DNA of 64,000 nt, from assembly GCA_963771175.1 (NCBI GenBank), contig CAVYSY010000006.1:64001-128000 (forward strand), in the 5' to 3' direction. Each line of letters starts with the position of its first letter. Position 1 is the stretch's first letter. The translations under genes and the position numbers were made by a program. Of this stretch, positions 43,349-54,794 are shown in pieces. This DNA is from an uncultured delta proteobacterium (lineage in GTDB: Bacteria; Myxococcota; Myxococcia; Myxococcales; Myxococcaceae). A model generated the notes under the pieces. That model was given only the letters and a program-made list of their open reading frames with translations. It ran no database searches and was not told where the DNA came from.

Positions 43349-44150
43349 TCACGCGATGGCGACGGTGACGCCCGAGGCGTCGCTCGTCACCGTGAACTTC
43401 TTGAGATTCCCTGTCTGGAGCGCGGGCCCTGCCGTCACCTCGCCCGTCTTGGTGAAGCGCGAGTCGTGGCAGGGGCAGAACAGATCGTGCCTGCGCCTCC
43501 CTGAATTGGACGGGACACCCCTGGTGGGTGCAGATGGAGTCCACGGCCGAGTACGTCCCGTCCTCGAGCGCGAAGACGAAGAGGAGCTTGCCGTAGCCCT
43601 CGGGAACACCCTGCACGAGGCCACCGGCCGTCTTCAGCTCGGGGAACTGCGAGAAGGGGAAGAAGATCTTCCCATCCACGACGGAGGGGAAGCCCTCCTC
43701 ACCGGCCGCGAAGTCGATGATCAGCACGCCCGTGTCCGCGTCGTAGCGCGAGGTGAAGGAGCGCAGCGGGGCCTTGGCGGGCGGGTACGTCACCGTGCCG
43801 TCCAGGGCGAAGCGCGAGCCGTGGCAGGGGCACACCGCCTCGCCCTGCTCGAAGCCCAGCGGGCAGCCCGAGTGCGTGCAGATGTTGGACGTCACCGCGT
43901 ACTGGTTGCCGCCCGGGTGCATGACGAGCAGTTGCTGCTCGCCGGGCACGCGCAGGGTGACGGCGCCGCCGTCGCGCGACAGGTCCGGGTAGCGCTTCAC
44001 GTCCAGCCGCACGCGCCCGTCCCGCGCTCTTCTCCGCGTCCAGCACCGGCGCGGGAGAGATGTCCGGCGCGCACCCCGACAGCCCCGTCGCCGCCGCGCC
44101 CGCGCCCACACCCACCACCCCCTGAGGAAACCTCGACGACTGGTGCTCAC
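43349..44150 (-). CDS. Tat-exported tandem (double) Rieske 2Fe-2S lipoprotein (several frameshifts)
   Basis: STSRRGFL Tat motif and LSGC lipobox; CTHSGC/CPCHGS and CTHQGC/CPCHDS. Confidence 0.82.
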
Positions 44151-44737
44151 TTGCCCTCCTCCTTGAGCAGGAACTTCGGCTCCAGTCGAGCGCGTCATTC
44201 ACCTTCACCATCAGCAGGCGAGGGGCGCTCCACCTTGAAGGCCTCCAGGCTCACCTTGAAGTTGCCCTCGGCGCTCACGTCCTTGGCCGAGGTGAAGACC
44301 ACCTTCATGGGCACCTCCACCGGCTGCTTCACGCCGTGGAAGGTGAGCTGCCCCTTGAGCAGCACCGCACTGCTCCGAGGGGAAGGTGGTGGGCAGCTTC
44401 ACGCCGCTGGCCACGCCCTTGAACTCGATGGTGGGGAACTTCGGCGGCCTCGGTGGCCTCCTTCATGTGGGCGTCGCGGTTGGCGTTGCCCGAGTCGAAG
44501 TCGGCCACGTTGCGCGCGCACGGCCACCTGCAGGGTGCCGTCGGGGAGGAGGCGCGCCTTGCCCTCGGTGGGGCGCGCGGTGCCCACCACCTCGTGCAGC
44601 TTGTGGATGAGGTGGTAGCTGAGGGAGCTGTCAGCGGACTTCACCGAGAACAGGCGCGCGGCGTTGGCCGCCTCCTGCGCGAGAGCGGGCGCGGACAGCA
44701 GCAGCGAGGCCAGCACGGCCAGGAACGAGCGTTTCAT
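44147..44737 (-). CDS. YceI-family polyisoprenoid-binding protein (several frameshifts)
   Basis: Signal peptide; FDSGNANRDAHM and GQLTFHGVK reconstructed across frames. Confidence 0.78.
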
Positions 44738-44778
44738 GGGAACCTCCAGGTCTCTCAACGAGGATGCTGGAACGAAAT

Positions 44779-45498
44779 TCAGAAGACGATCATCAGGGCA
44801 CCCGCGGTCACGGCGCCCATCGTCGCATAGCCCAGCGCCTGATGGGCCGTGGCGAGATCCACCTGCGAGAGCTTGCCTTCCCTGGTGTCCGTCAGGCGAG
44901 CCCAGCACCACCTGGGAGAGCATGCCGGCAGTGGCCAGGGCCATGAAGATTTTGTGGAAGGTGATGGTGTCCCAGCGGAACTCCTTCTCGAAGGGCTGGG
45001 GGCGAGCACGCCGAGCAGGCCCGTCCCCACGAAGAGGGTCGAGGAGGCCACCACCAGCCCCGTGTGCCAGCCCTCGTACTTGCCGGTGTCACCGAAGCCG
45101 CGGTAGCGATCGTTGAAGTTGAGCTGCCCCACCACCACCGTGGCGGCCAGGGTGGCGGCCATGGCGATGCCCAGGCCCTGGTGGATGCTGAGCATGGTGC
45201 GGCGGCGGGCGATGGCCCTCTCCAGCTCCGGGTCCACCTGGACCGGCGCCTCGGCGGCAGTCGTCGAGGGCTCGAGCAGATCGAAGTCCATCGAGGGCTC
45301 CTCCGCCTGCTGCACCGGCGCATCCGCCGGGGGCTTCGTCTCGGCGGGCTTCGTCTCGGCGGCTTCGTCTCGGCGGGTCGACTCGGAGGACTTCCTGGAG
45401 GTCTTCGACGATTCGGCGGCCCGGGTCGCGGCGTGCGCGTGCGTGACGGGTACGGCAAGGAGTGGAATCAACAGGGCGGCAACAACGGAGCGGAACAT
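44779..45498 (-). CDS. 4-TM, 4-His membrane protein (cytochrome b561-like; frameshift ~44995)
   Basis: SIHQGLG, WHTGL, FHKIFM and AHQALG, one His per TM helix. Confidence 0.6.
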   Translation of the reverse strand: MFRSVVAALLIPLLAVPVTHAHAATRAAESSKTSRKSSESTRRDEAAETKPAETKPPADAPVQQAEEPSMDFDLLEPSTTAAEAPVQVDPELERAIARRRTMLSIHQGLGIAMAATLAATVVVGQLNFNDRYRGFGDTGKYEGWHTGLVVASSTLFVGTGLLGVLAPSPSRRSSAGTPSPSTKSSWPWPLPACSPRWCWARLTDTREGKLSQVDLATAHQALGYATMGAVTAGALMIVF

Positions 45499-45610
45499 CA
45501 CTTCCCCTCTGGCAGCAAGGAACACTGCCCCCAAGTATGCGCGAACGGGCGCTCGCTCGCATGCCTGGTTCATCACGAGGGGACGGAGCTGGGACTCCCT
45601 CGCCCTTCTT

Positions 45611-46096
45611 TCAACCTGCTCGAAAAAAGGGTGTGGGACTCGTCATCCCGACAACAGGCGCCGGGGCGCTCAGGCCGGCGCGGTGGCCGGGGCCTCCGAG
45701 CGCGGCGCGCGTGCCGTGGGACAGCTCCAGGCCCAGCACGCGCGGATCGAAATACGCGTAGAAGCGCGAGATGCGCTCGCCGTCCCACTCGATGATGGAG
45801 ACGCCCGAGTAGTCCACCGCCGCGCCGTTGTGCGCGGTGCCGCTGGTCTCCCACTCGAGGGCCACGCGGTCTCCGGCTTCGATCATGTTGCGGAAGGTGG
45901 ACCTCACCTGGCCCAGCATGCCCTTGTACTCGCGCCAGAACTGGCGCACCCCGTCCTTGCCCTGGTGGGTGCGGCGGGAGGCCACGTTGCTCACCTGCGC
46001 GTCGTCACTGAAGAGCTCCAGGAGGGGCTCCACGTCTCCGCTCTCCTCCAGCCTGGACAGTGCGTCCACGAACCGCTGCGCTCGCTCCATCGCCAT
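45611..46096 (-). CDS. SnoaL/NTF2-like protein (3' end uncertain)
   Basis: LFSDDA, GVRQFW, RVALEW and FYAYFD motifs. Confidence 0.85.
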   Translation of the reverse strand: MAMERAQRFVDALSRLEESGDVEPLLELFSDDAQVSNVASRRTHQGKDGVRQFWREYKGMLGQVRSTFRNMIEAGDRVALEWETSGTAHNGAAVDYSGVSIIEWDGERISRFYAYFDPRVLGLELSHGTRAALGGPGHRAGLSAPAPVVGMTSPTPFFRAG

Positions 46097-46248
46097 GGGG
46101 GTTCCTCGCTCCGAGTCCGAGAGGGTCCTTCCGACTCGGAGGGTGCGCATGGCACCGCGGCGCTGCCCGCTCCACGGGCCGCCCGCTCGGGGAGCGGGTG
46201 GAAGGGGGAGTGCCACCAGGCTCGCATCGCACTAGGCTGGGCTCCGTC

Positions 46249-47051
46249 ATGGAACGTGTCCGCGAGGCCCCGCCCTCCTCCGCCGAGGAGAGCCTGCCCT
46301 CCCTCCAGGAAATGCCCCCTGTCGCGCTGGAGGCGAGCACGCTGCTCGCGCGGATGCGGCTCCTCCGCGAGCCCGGGGCGGCGGTCGAGGAGGTGGACGC
46401 GTTCCTGGAGGACCTCTCGGCGCCCCGCCCCCAGGGAGAGCCCCCGCGCGTGCGGGCGGACGTCATGCTGGACCTCCTGGAGGACGCACGGCTGTGCGCG
46501 CTCACCGGCACGGACGGGCGCCGGGTGGGCGTCGTGGCCCTGGAGGCCCTGCTGGGGCTCGGCTACCCCTACGCCCTCGAGCTCACTCCCGAGATGCTGG
46601 CCCTGGCCCGCGGCTCGCGTCGCAGCCGGCCCGCCTCCCCGGCCATGTCCGCGCGGGACTCGGGCTGGCCGTCATCAACGCCCTGCTGCCGGTGGGGACA
46701 TACGCACTGAACACCCTCGACTCCCACCTGCCCTCCGCCGACGTCCTGGCCGGTGCGCCCCCGGGGGAGCTCCCCCACCTCCTGGAGTACAATCTGCCGC
46801 TGCTCGTGCCGCTCCTGCTCGGGCCTCCGCTGTTGTCGGCCCTGGCCGCGTGGCTCGGGTCCCGGCCCCTGCAACGCGTCTTCAACGGCCTGCAGTGGGT
46901 GCTCGGCCTGGGGGGGTTGTTCCTCGGGCTCAACGGGCACTTCGGCAGCCTCCCGGTGGACGCGGGAGATCGCATCCTCTCGCTGGCCATGGGGGTGCTG
47001 ACCCTGGTCACCGCCCTCTGCCTGCGCCCTCGCGAGGAGCCCGAGTCCTGA
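46249..47051 (+). CDS. Hypothetical membrane protein (frameshift ~46650)
   Basis: LGYPYALE soluble N-domain followed by four TM helices in the next frame. Confidence 0.6.
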
Positions 47052-47058
47052 AAAGACA

Positions 47059-47092
47059 AAGGACCGCGGCGAGGGGGGTGGCCGCGGTCCTT
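47059..47092 (-). terminator. Rho-independent terminator for the lysin gene
   Basis: AAGGACCGCGGC-N10-GCCGCGGTCCTT, followed on the minus strand by TGTCTTTT. Confidence 0.7.
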
Positions 47093-47135
47093 CGGGCCCC
47101 CAGTCAGGAGACGGGGGCCGTGTCGAGAGCGTGAA

Positions 47136-48835
47136 TCAGGTGAGCACGTCGAGCGCGCGCGCGTAGTACTTCTCGCGGTCGGCGAGCCCGTTGTAGCCGC
47201 CGTTGATGCGGCGGGTGACTTCCTTGAAGTTGCCCGCGTCGGCGTAGGAGTTGAGGTTGCGGGTGTTCCAGAACCAGGCGGCGGTGCGGAAGCCCACCTC
47301 GGGGGTGGCGGCCTGGGTGGGGTTGTTCACCAGGTCGAGGCCCAGGGCCTTGCCGGCGGCCGCGTAGTTGGCGCGACCGGTGAGCTGGATGGGGCCACGG
47401 CCCTTGAAGCGCTTGCCGTCACCCGGCTGGGTGTTGCCCAGGTCCTTGCGGCCCTCGTAGGCGGCGCCGGAGGCGATCTCCTCCATGTAGCGGAACTCGC
47501 CGCTCTCGTGGGCGAGCTGCGCGATGAAGGCGGCCTGGCGCTTGGGGGTGTTGATGCCGGCCTCGGCCATGGCCTTGTTGAGGTGGGGCAGGTACTGCTC
47601 GGCCTTGGCGGCCGACAGGTTGGGCATGATCTTCCGCAGCTGCGCGAGCGACACGCCGCCCTTGGTGCCGGGCTCGGAGGGGCCGGTGACGGGGCCGGGG
47701 CCGGTGGTGCCAGAGGAGCCGCCCACCTTGGCGCCGAGCTTCTCGAAGGCCGCGCGGGTCAGGGGCCCGTAGTAGCCGGTGTTGGGCACGCCGTGCTTGG
47801 CCTGGAACTCCTTGAGGGCCGCCTGGGTCTTGGGGCCGAAGACGCCCGGGCCGGTGTTCATGTCGGCCTGGGACAGGGTGCCCGCCTTCACCAGCGCGGT
47901 CTGGAGCTGCTTGACCGCCTCGCCCTTGGCGCCCTTCTCCAGGTCCCCCGCGGGCAGGGACACGCCCTTCAGGGAGCCGGCGGAGGCCGCGGGCTTGGTG
48001 GCCACCGGGGTGGTGGTGCCGCCCGCCGGAGCGGTGCCCGGGTTCGGGTTGCCGCCGGAGAAGGTCACCAGCTCGCCGGTGCTCTTGTAGTTCTTCGGGC
48101 CGCCCACGAGCTTGCCACCCTGGAGCTGGAGGGAGATCTCCTTGCCGGTGGCGGGATCGTTCGCGAAGTAGGTGTCGCCCTTGCGGTGGGTGACGGTGAT
48201 CCAGTGGTCGGTGCCGTTGGAGCCGCCGTTGGAGCCGGCCTTGTAGTCCACGCCGATGACGACGGGACGGCCCGCGTCGATCTGCTTGTTGATGTTGTTC
48301 AGGCTCCAGCCGGGCTTGGAGGCGCCGAGGCCGGCCATCTTCCCGGCCTGGCTCCAGATGAGGCCGTTACCGGAGTAGCCACCGTTCTTGTCGAGGTAGG
48401 CGTCGAGCTCGCCGGGGTTGATGACCTTGCCGGTGATCTTGCTCATCGCCATGGCGGTGGAGGTCATCGCGCAGCCGGCGGCGCTGAGGGAGGAACCGGT
48501 GCCGAGGGAGCGGCCGCCCCACTGCGCATCGCCCTGACGGAACATGGGGGTGCCGTCGGCGGAGGTGGGGAACTGACGACCGTCGTCATCACGCGCCGGG
48601 CCAGCGGCCTTGCCGGAGCGGTGGCGGGAGCGGAGTCGAACTTGTCGCCCTTGGCGGGAGCGGGCTTGGTGGTGCGGGGACGCTCGAAGCTGTCCGGGAT
48701 GGTCAGCTTCTGGCCAACCTGAATCTGGTTGGCGTTCTTGATGTTGTTGGCTTTGGCGAGCTTGTCGACCGAGGTGCTGTACTTCTTCGCGAGGGCCGAG
48801 AGGGTGTCGCCGCTGCGGACGGTATGTACGGACAC
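47136..48835 (-). CDS. LysM + C39-like peptidase + PG-binding + GH19 cell-wall hydrolase (frameshift ~48590)
   Basis: HTVRSGDTL (LysM); QGD..W/GCAMTS/DHWI/NDP (C39); VKQLQ..GVFGPKT..FQ (PG_binding_1); [20 protein letters not shown] and INGG (GH19). Confidence 0.88.
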
Positions 48836-49032
48836 GGGGGACTCCAGAAAAAGGGTCGAAAAAACTGCGTTGACCCATTCTCGCGCGGAACGAGAAAAGG
48901 TTGCTTGGGGGGCGAAAGAAAAGTCGCGATTCCCCGCCCCGGGAGTGCGCGAGGGCCCGGGCACGGAGACGGACCCGCACGCAGGGAGTAGGACCTCACT
49001 GCTCCGCGTGTGACCTACAGCCCCCTGGGCCT

Positions 49033-49916
49033 TCAGGTCTCGAAGTCGAACAGGCAGGCCCCACGAGTGCCGTCCCGGCTCCGCTTGCACTTCTCGCCCG
49101 GACCGCAGGTGCCCGACGCGTCCGGGTCGCAGGCGCGCACGCAGCGATTGCCCAGGCACGAGGAGCCCTCCGGGCAGGGGGCGCCCTCCTTCGAGCAACT
49201 GGACACGCACCGCATCCAGACCTTCCCCGGCTGCTCCATTCGGGAGCGCGTCTCACAGGTCTGTCCCTCGGGACAGGGGGACTGCTGGCAGTTCGTCCCG
49301 CGAACCGAGGCGCAGACCGAGCCGCCCTCGCGGGAGCGGATGCACTCCTGACCGGCGGGGCAGCCCCGCGCCTCGCACGTCGGAAGGCACGAGGGGCCGC
49401 CGGGGCCACCTTTCCGTGGACAGAAGAACCCCTCGGGGCAGCTCTCGGGTACGTCCGGCCGGCACGGCCGACCGCACCGGCCGTTGCAGAGCAATCCCCG
49501 CGCGCAGGCCTTCGCATACTTCTTCGAGAACCGCACGCAGGCCTCCCCTTCCCGCCGGTTTCCCACCAACGTACAGCGCTTCAGGACCTCACCGTTCCAG
49601 GTGGCCACGGTCCCGCAGACGAAGTCGTCACCGCATTCCGCGTCCGTCTCACAATCGCTGTCCGTGCAGTAAAGCCCCCCCAGATTCACGTCGGCGAAAC
49701 AGACGAGTGGCGAGTCACAATCATCGCTTCGTCGGCAAGGCTGCCGCCACGTCGATAGCTGATGCCGCTGCTCCTGCGAGAGCATCGGCGTGACGTTCCG
49801 CTGCTCCGACTCGGACGACGCAACGACTTGGGCCATGAGGAGCTGACGAAGAGGGCCACGAGCGGCACCGTCAGCAGCAATCCCACGAGGATCGCTGCCA
49901 GAGTCCGCCGCATCAT
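49033..49916 (-). CDS. Membrane-anchored/secreted Cys-rich protein (frameshift ~49820)
   Basis: N-terminal hydrophobic [12 protein letters not shown]...; 32 Cys in repeated C-P-x-G-x-x-C modules. Confidence 0.72.
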
Positions 49917-50171
49917 TCCTCCTCCGCCTCGCCCCCATCCCTCTTCGCATCCAGAAGCTCATTGCACTGCTGCTCACACTCCTTGAGCTTCTCCGGAAGG
50001 CAGATCTCTGAAGGGTTGCTGGCCCGCAGTCCCGCAGCTCCAACAGTCTGGCATTATCGAACATGTCCTCGAGCACGGCCCGGTCGATCGTGCCCCCCTT
50101 ACCGAAGGCATGCGGGCAGGCGGTACAGGCAACAGCACCCAAAGCAGAAATGGGGCGCGCCAGCGGCTCAT
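49913..50171 (-). CDS. Small lipoprotein (CPHAFGKGGTID type; frameshifted)
   Basis: Reconstructed hydrophobic leader, TAC-PHAFGKGGTIDRA and Cys-rich tail; stop overlaps the next ATG. Confidence 0.45.
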
Positions 50172-50258
50172 CGGCACCTCCGGAAGAGAACGGTGCACCT
50201 ACCACTGCTCAGCCCCGCGCGGCGCGCATGGCCGAGGAAACTACCACTCCGCGAGGCC

Positions 50259-53204
50259 TCACCCCGCCCGAGCGCCCATGTCTCCGCGTCCGGCGAGCCG
50301 CGCCACCGCCTCGATGAGCTGCGCCGGTTCAATCGGCTTCGACAGGTGCACCTGGAAGCCCGCGCGGTAGGCCCGACGCGCGTCCTCCGCGCTCGCGTAC
50401 GCCGTGAGGGCAATCGCCGGCACCCACTGGTCCCTCGCCTCGGCCCACGCCCGCACCCGCCTCAGCAGCGCGTGCCCGTCCTCCCCCGGCAGGCCGATGT
50501 CCGACACCAGCACGTCCGGCAGTGACGCCTTCAGTCGCTCCATCGCCTCGGTCGCGTTGCTCGCCGTGCTCACCAGCGCTCCCCGCTCGCGCAGCATCAA
50601 GGCAATCAGCTCGCGCGCATCCGGCGCGTCCTCCACCAGCAGCACCGACACCCCGTCCAGCTTCACCGCCGGCACCGCCGGCTCCGCGCCCGGCAGGGCC
50701 TCCGTCTGCGCCTCGGGCAGCACCGCCGGCACCGGCAGCGTCACCGTGAACGTCGAGCCCTTGCCCTCGCCCGCGCTCTCCGCCCGCACCGCGCCCCCGT
50801 GCAGCCCCACCAGGTGGTGGACAATCGCCAGTCCCAGCCCCAGTCCCCCGTGCTCGCGCGTGGCCGAGCCGTCCGCCTGCCAGAAGCGCTCGAAGAGATG
50901 CGGCAGCGACTCGGCGCGAATCCCCTTGCCCGTGTCCGTCACCCGAATCCGCAGCTCCCGCTCGCCGCGGTCCACCCGCACCACCACCCGCCCGCCCGTG
51001 GGAGTGAACTTCACCCCGTTCACCAGCAGGTTCCAGCACACCTGCTGCAACCGCCCCGGGTCTCCCACCAGCATCGCCGTGCCGTTGCCGCCCACGTCCA
51101 CCTCGAGCGCCAGCGTCACGTTCTTCTGCTCCGCATGCGGGCGCACCACCTCCACCGCCGCCTGCACCACCCCCACCAGCTCCACGCCCCTGCGGTGCAG
51201 CGTCAGCTTCCCGGTGATGATGCGCGACACGTCCAGCACGTCTTCAATCAGCTGCGCCAGCGTGCGCGCGTTGCGCTCGATGACGGCCAGGCCCTTCTCC
51301 ATCGCCTTCGCGTCGCTCTGCCGGCTGCGCAGCATCTGCGTCCAGCCCAGCACCGCCGTCAGCGGCGTGCGCAGCTCGTGACTCATCACCGCGAGGAACT
51401 CGTCCTTGGCGCGGTTGGCCGCCTGCGTCTCCGCCATCAGCCGCGTGTTCTCAATCGCCACCGAGGCCATGCGCGCGAGCTGCACGAGAATCGCCTCGTC
51501 CTCGGCGCTGAAGTCCCCCTCGTGCCGGTCCGAGAGCTGGATGAGGCCCAGGTTGCGCCCATCCCGCCCCACCAGCGGCGCCGCCAGCCACCCGCGCAGG
51601 GGCGGGTGCTTCGCCTTGTGCCGGCCAAAGCCGCGCCAGGCCGGGTGGGACTCCAGTTCCTCCTGCGTCAGCCGCATGGGCAGGTTCAGCCGGCACACCC
51701 ACGAGTAGATGCCCGCACCCTCCGGCGGCTCGTGCCAGTCCCGCCACGCCGCGTACTTGTCCGACATCGACGTGGCGAGGATGGACTGCGACCAGCGCCC
51801 CTCCACCGTCAGGCTGGTGACGGCCTGGTGCGCCCCAATCACCTCGCGCGCCTGCTCGGTGATGGCCTCGAGCACACGCTCGATGGAGTCCGCCTCGCTG
51901 ATGATGAGCGCCGCGCTGGCCAGCCCCTGGAGCTGCGTGGCGTGGCGCTGCTCCCGGGCGAGCAGCCGCTCCAGCTCGGCCTCGCCCTGGCGCTGGCGCG
52001 TCACGTCCCGGTGGGCCCCCACCCACTCGCGCACCCGGCCGTCCTTCTCCAGCACCGGCACCGCGCGCGCCAGCATGTGGCGGTAGGCCCCGTCGTAGCA
52101 CCGCAGCCGGTGCTCCAGTTGGAACGGCGCGCGCGTGGAGAGCGACTCCTCCCAGGCGCGCGCGGTGCGCCCCCGGTCCTCCGGGTGCACCGCGTCCAGC
52201 CAGCCCCAGCCCGCGCACTCCTCGCGCGACTGCCCGGTGAAGGCGCTCCAGCCCGGCTGCTCCTCGACGAACTCTCCCGAGGGCGGCGTGGCCCAGATGA
52301 TGTCCGAGGTGGCCGTCACCAGCGAGCGGAAGCGCTCCTCGCTGTGCCCCAGGTCGCGGGCGAGCGCCTCGGCGGTGCGGCGCGAGCGCACCAGGTCCGT
52401 CACGTCGTAGGCGAAGATGGCCACGCCCTCCACCCGCCCGGAGGCGTCGCGCTGGGGGTGGTAGACGATGTCGAAGAACATCTCCTCGGCCGGAGCGGCT
52501 CCCGGGCGCGCCACCTTCACTGGCCGGGCGCGGCCCACGTAGGAGTGCCCCGTGGAGAAGACCCGGTCCATCACCTCGAGGACGCCCTGGCCCTCCAGCT
52601 CGGGGATGGCCTCGCGCACCGGCTGGCCCACCACGTCCCGGCTCCCGTAGAAGCGGCGGTGCAGCAGGTTGGAGAAGATGAAGCGGTGCTCGGGGCCGCG
52701 GGTGATGCTGACGGCGGCGGGCGCCAGCATCAGCATCTCCTGGTAGCGGGCGCGCTCGTTCTCCACGCCGGCGCGCGCGAGCTGCTCGGCGGACAGCAGC
52801 CGCACCCGCTCGTTCTCCGCCAGGCGCCGCTCCGTCACGTCCCGGGTGAAGACGACGAGCCCCTCGCCCGAGGGGAAGGCCCGCGTCTCCAGCCACAGGC
52901 CCGCGGGGGCGAAGAAGTCCTCCAGCGAGACGAGGGTGCGCGCCTCCATGGCCCGCCGCCACGCGGGGGCGAAGGCGCTGTCGGCCACCTCGGGCAGCAC
53001 GGCCCACAACTCCTGTCCCAGGAGGTGCTCACGCGTGCGGCCCACCTGCCGCTCTCCCACCGCGTTCACCCAGAGGAGCTTCCACTCCCGGTCCATCACG
53101 AGGATGCCGTCGGTGACGCCGTCGAGCAGCGGATCAAACCCCGCTGGGGCCGGGCTCTCCGGCCCCCCGGTCGGAGTTCTTGACGGCTCGTGAGTATCCT
53201 TCAT
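50259..53204 (-). CDS. Hybrid sensor kinase (3xPAS-GAF-HisKA-HATPase-REC)
   Basis: SHELRTPL, NLLVNGVKFT, DTGKGI, GGLGLGL; REC LLVED..SDIGLP..KP. Confidence 0.95.
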   Translation of the reverse strand: MKDTHEPSRTPTGGPESPAPAGFDPLLDGVTDGILVMDREWKLLWVNAVGERQVGRTREHLLGQELWAVLPEVADSAFAPAWRRAMEARTLVSLEDFFAPAGLWLETRAFPSGEGLVVFTRDVTERRLAENERVRLLSAEQLARAGVENERARYQEMLMLAPAAVSITRGPEHRFIFSNLLHRRFYGSRDVVGQPVREAIPELEGQGVLEVMDRVFSTGHSYVGRARPVKVARPGAAPAEEMFFDIVYHPQRDASGRVEGVAIFAYDVTDLVRSRRTAEALARDLGHSEERFRSLVTATSDIIWATPPSGEFVEEQPGWSAFTGQSREECAGWGWLDAVHPEDRGRTARAWEESLSTRAPFQLEHRLRCYDGAYRHMLARAVPVLEKDGRVREWVGAHRDVTRQRQGEAELERLLAREQRHATQLQGLASAALIISEADSIERVLEAITEQAREVIGAHQAVTSLTVEGRWSQSILATSMSDKYAAWRDWHEPPEGAGIYSWVCRLNLPMRLTQEELESHPAWRGFGRHKAKHPPLRGWLAAPLVGRDGRNLGLIQLSDRHEGDFSAEDEAILVQLARMASVAIENTRLMAETQAANRAKDEFLAVMSHELRTPLTAVLGWTQMLRSRQSDAKAMEKGLAVIERNARTLAQLIEDVLDVSRIITGKLTLHRRGVELVGVVQAAVEVVRPHAEQKNVTLALEVDVGGNGTAMLVGDPGRLQQVCWNLLVNGVKFTPTGGRVVVRVDRGERELRIRVTDTGKGIRAESLPHLFERFWQADGSATREHGGLGLGLAIVHHLVGLHGGAVRAESAGEGKGSTFTVTLPVPAVLPEAQTEALPGAEPAVPAVKLDGVSVLLVEDAPDARELIALMLRERGALVSTASNATEAMERLKASLPDVLVSDIGLPGEDGHALLRRVRAWAEARDQWVPAIALTAYASAEDARRAYRAGFQVHLSKPIEPAQLIEAVARLAGRGDMGARAG

Positions 53205-53418
53205 GGGCGCGGGGCTCAGGCCCATCAGAACACGGCAACGTCCGCTCGTGCACCCGGATAGGACCCGGGACTGTTGGAAGGAGGCCGGAGGAGCAGCCCG
53301 AGGTGGGAGTAGCGGACACCCAGGGCGCGTGAAGCCCGGCCGGTGAGGGAGGAGGCGGCCCGGGGCCTTCCGGCCTTGTGTGTCCCGGACGCATCCGTTA
53401 GCAGTCGGGCCACACCCC

Positions 53419-54072
53419 ATGTCCACCGACGCCTCGACTCCCCCTGGGCCCCCGCCGCGCTCCGCCAACCGTTTCCTCTGGGTGGCGCTGGCCTCCGCCG
53501 CGTGCCTCGTGGTGCTCGCGGTGGGCCTGCTGCGCACGCGCGAGCAGCCGCCCCTGGAGCGCTATGGCCGGCTCCCGGCCTTCACCTTCACCCGCCAGGA
53601 CGGCCAGCCCTTCGGGCTCCAGCAGCTCCAGGGCCGTCCCTGGGTGGCCAACTTCATCTTCACCCGCTGCCCCACCATCTGCCCCGTCTTCACCCAGAAG
53701 ATGGCGCGCTTCCAGAAGCAGACGACGGGCCTGGGCGGACAGCTCGCGCTCGTCTCCTTCTCGGTGGACCCCGAGTACGACACCCCCGAGCGCCTCACCG
53801 CCTACGCCGCCAAATACGGCGCGGACCCGGCCCGCTGGAGCTTCCTCACCGGAGACTACAACCAGCTCAAGGACATCATCGTCGGCGGCTTCAAGATGGC
53901 CATGGGCCGCGATGACGCGAACGCGCAGGAGCTCGCGAGCATCTTCCACGGCAGCCACTTCGTGCTGGTGGACCGCACCGGGGAGATTCGCGGCTACTAC
54001 AACAGCGAGCACGACGACGCGGTGGAGCGGCTGCTGCGCGACACCGAGCAGCTCGTGCGCAGCGGCGAGTAG
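53419..54072 (+). CDS. SCO-family copper chaperone
   Basis: FTRCPTICP, SVDPEYDTP and HGSHFVLVD motifs. Confidence 0.93.
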   Translation: MSTDASTPPGPPPRSANRFLWVALASAACLVVLAVGLLRTREQPPLERYGRLPAFTFTRQDGQPFGLQQLQGRPWVANFIFTRCPTICPVFTQKMARFQKQTTGLGGQLALVSFSVDPEYDTPERLTAYAAKYGADPARWSFLTGDYNQLKDIIVGGFKMAMGRDDANAQELASIFHGSHFVLVDRTGEIRGYYNSEHDDAVERLLRDTEQLVRSGE

Positions 54073-54096
54073 CGCCCGCGGCCCTTCCGGTGCGCG

Positions 54097-54645
<549 letters not shown>

Positions 54646-54794
54646 ACGCTCCTGGGAGAGGGGGGAGGCCGAGGGGACGAGCGGGCGGAGCCTCGTCTGA
54701 CCGCCCACCCGGAGCCGGGTTCATGACGCGGTGCTTCCAAGCCCCCTCCGCGTGCATACCTTGGCCGGAAAGGGACCTCTGGAGAGGAAGGGAC

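Noticed and set aside
47136..48835. Prophage lysis cassette
   Set aside because: No holin, structural or integrase genes nearby; host-like codon usage.
49033..50205. 390-aa single Cys-rich ORF
   Set aside because: Chimera of two frameshifted genes (small lipoprotein and Cys-rich protein).
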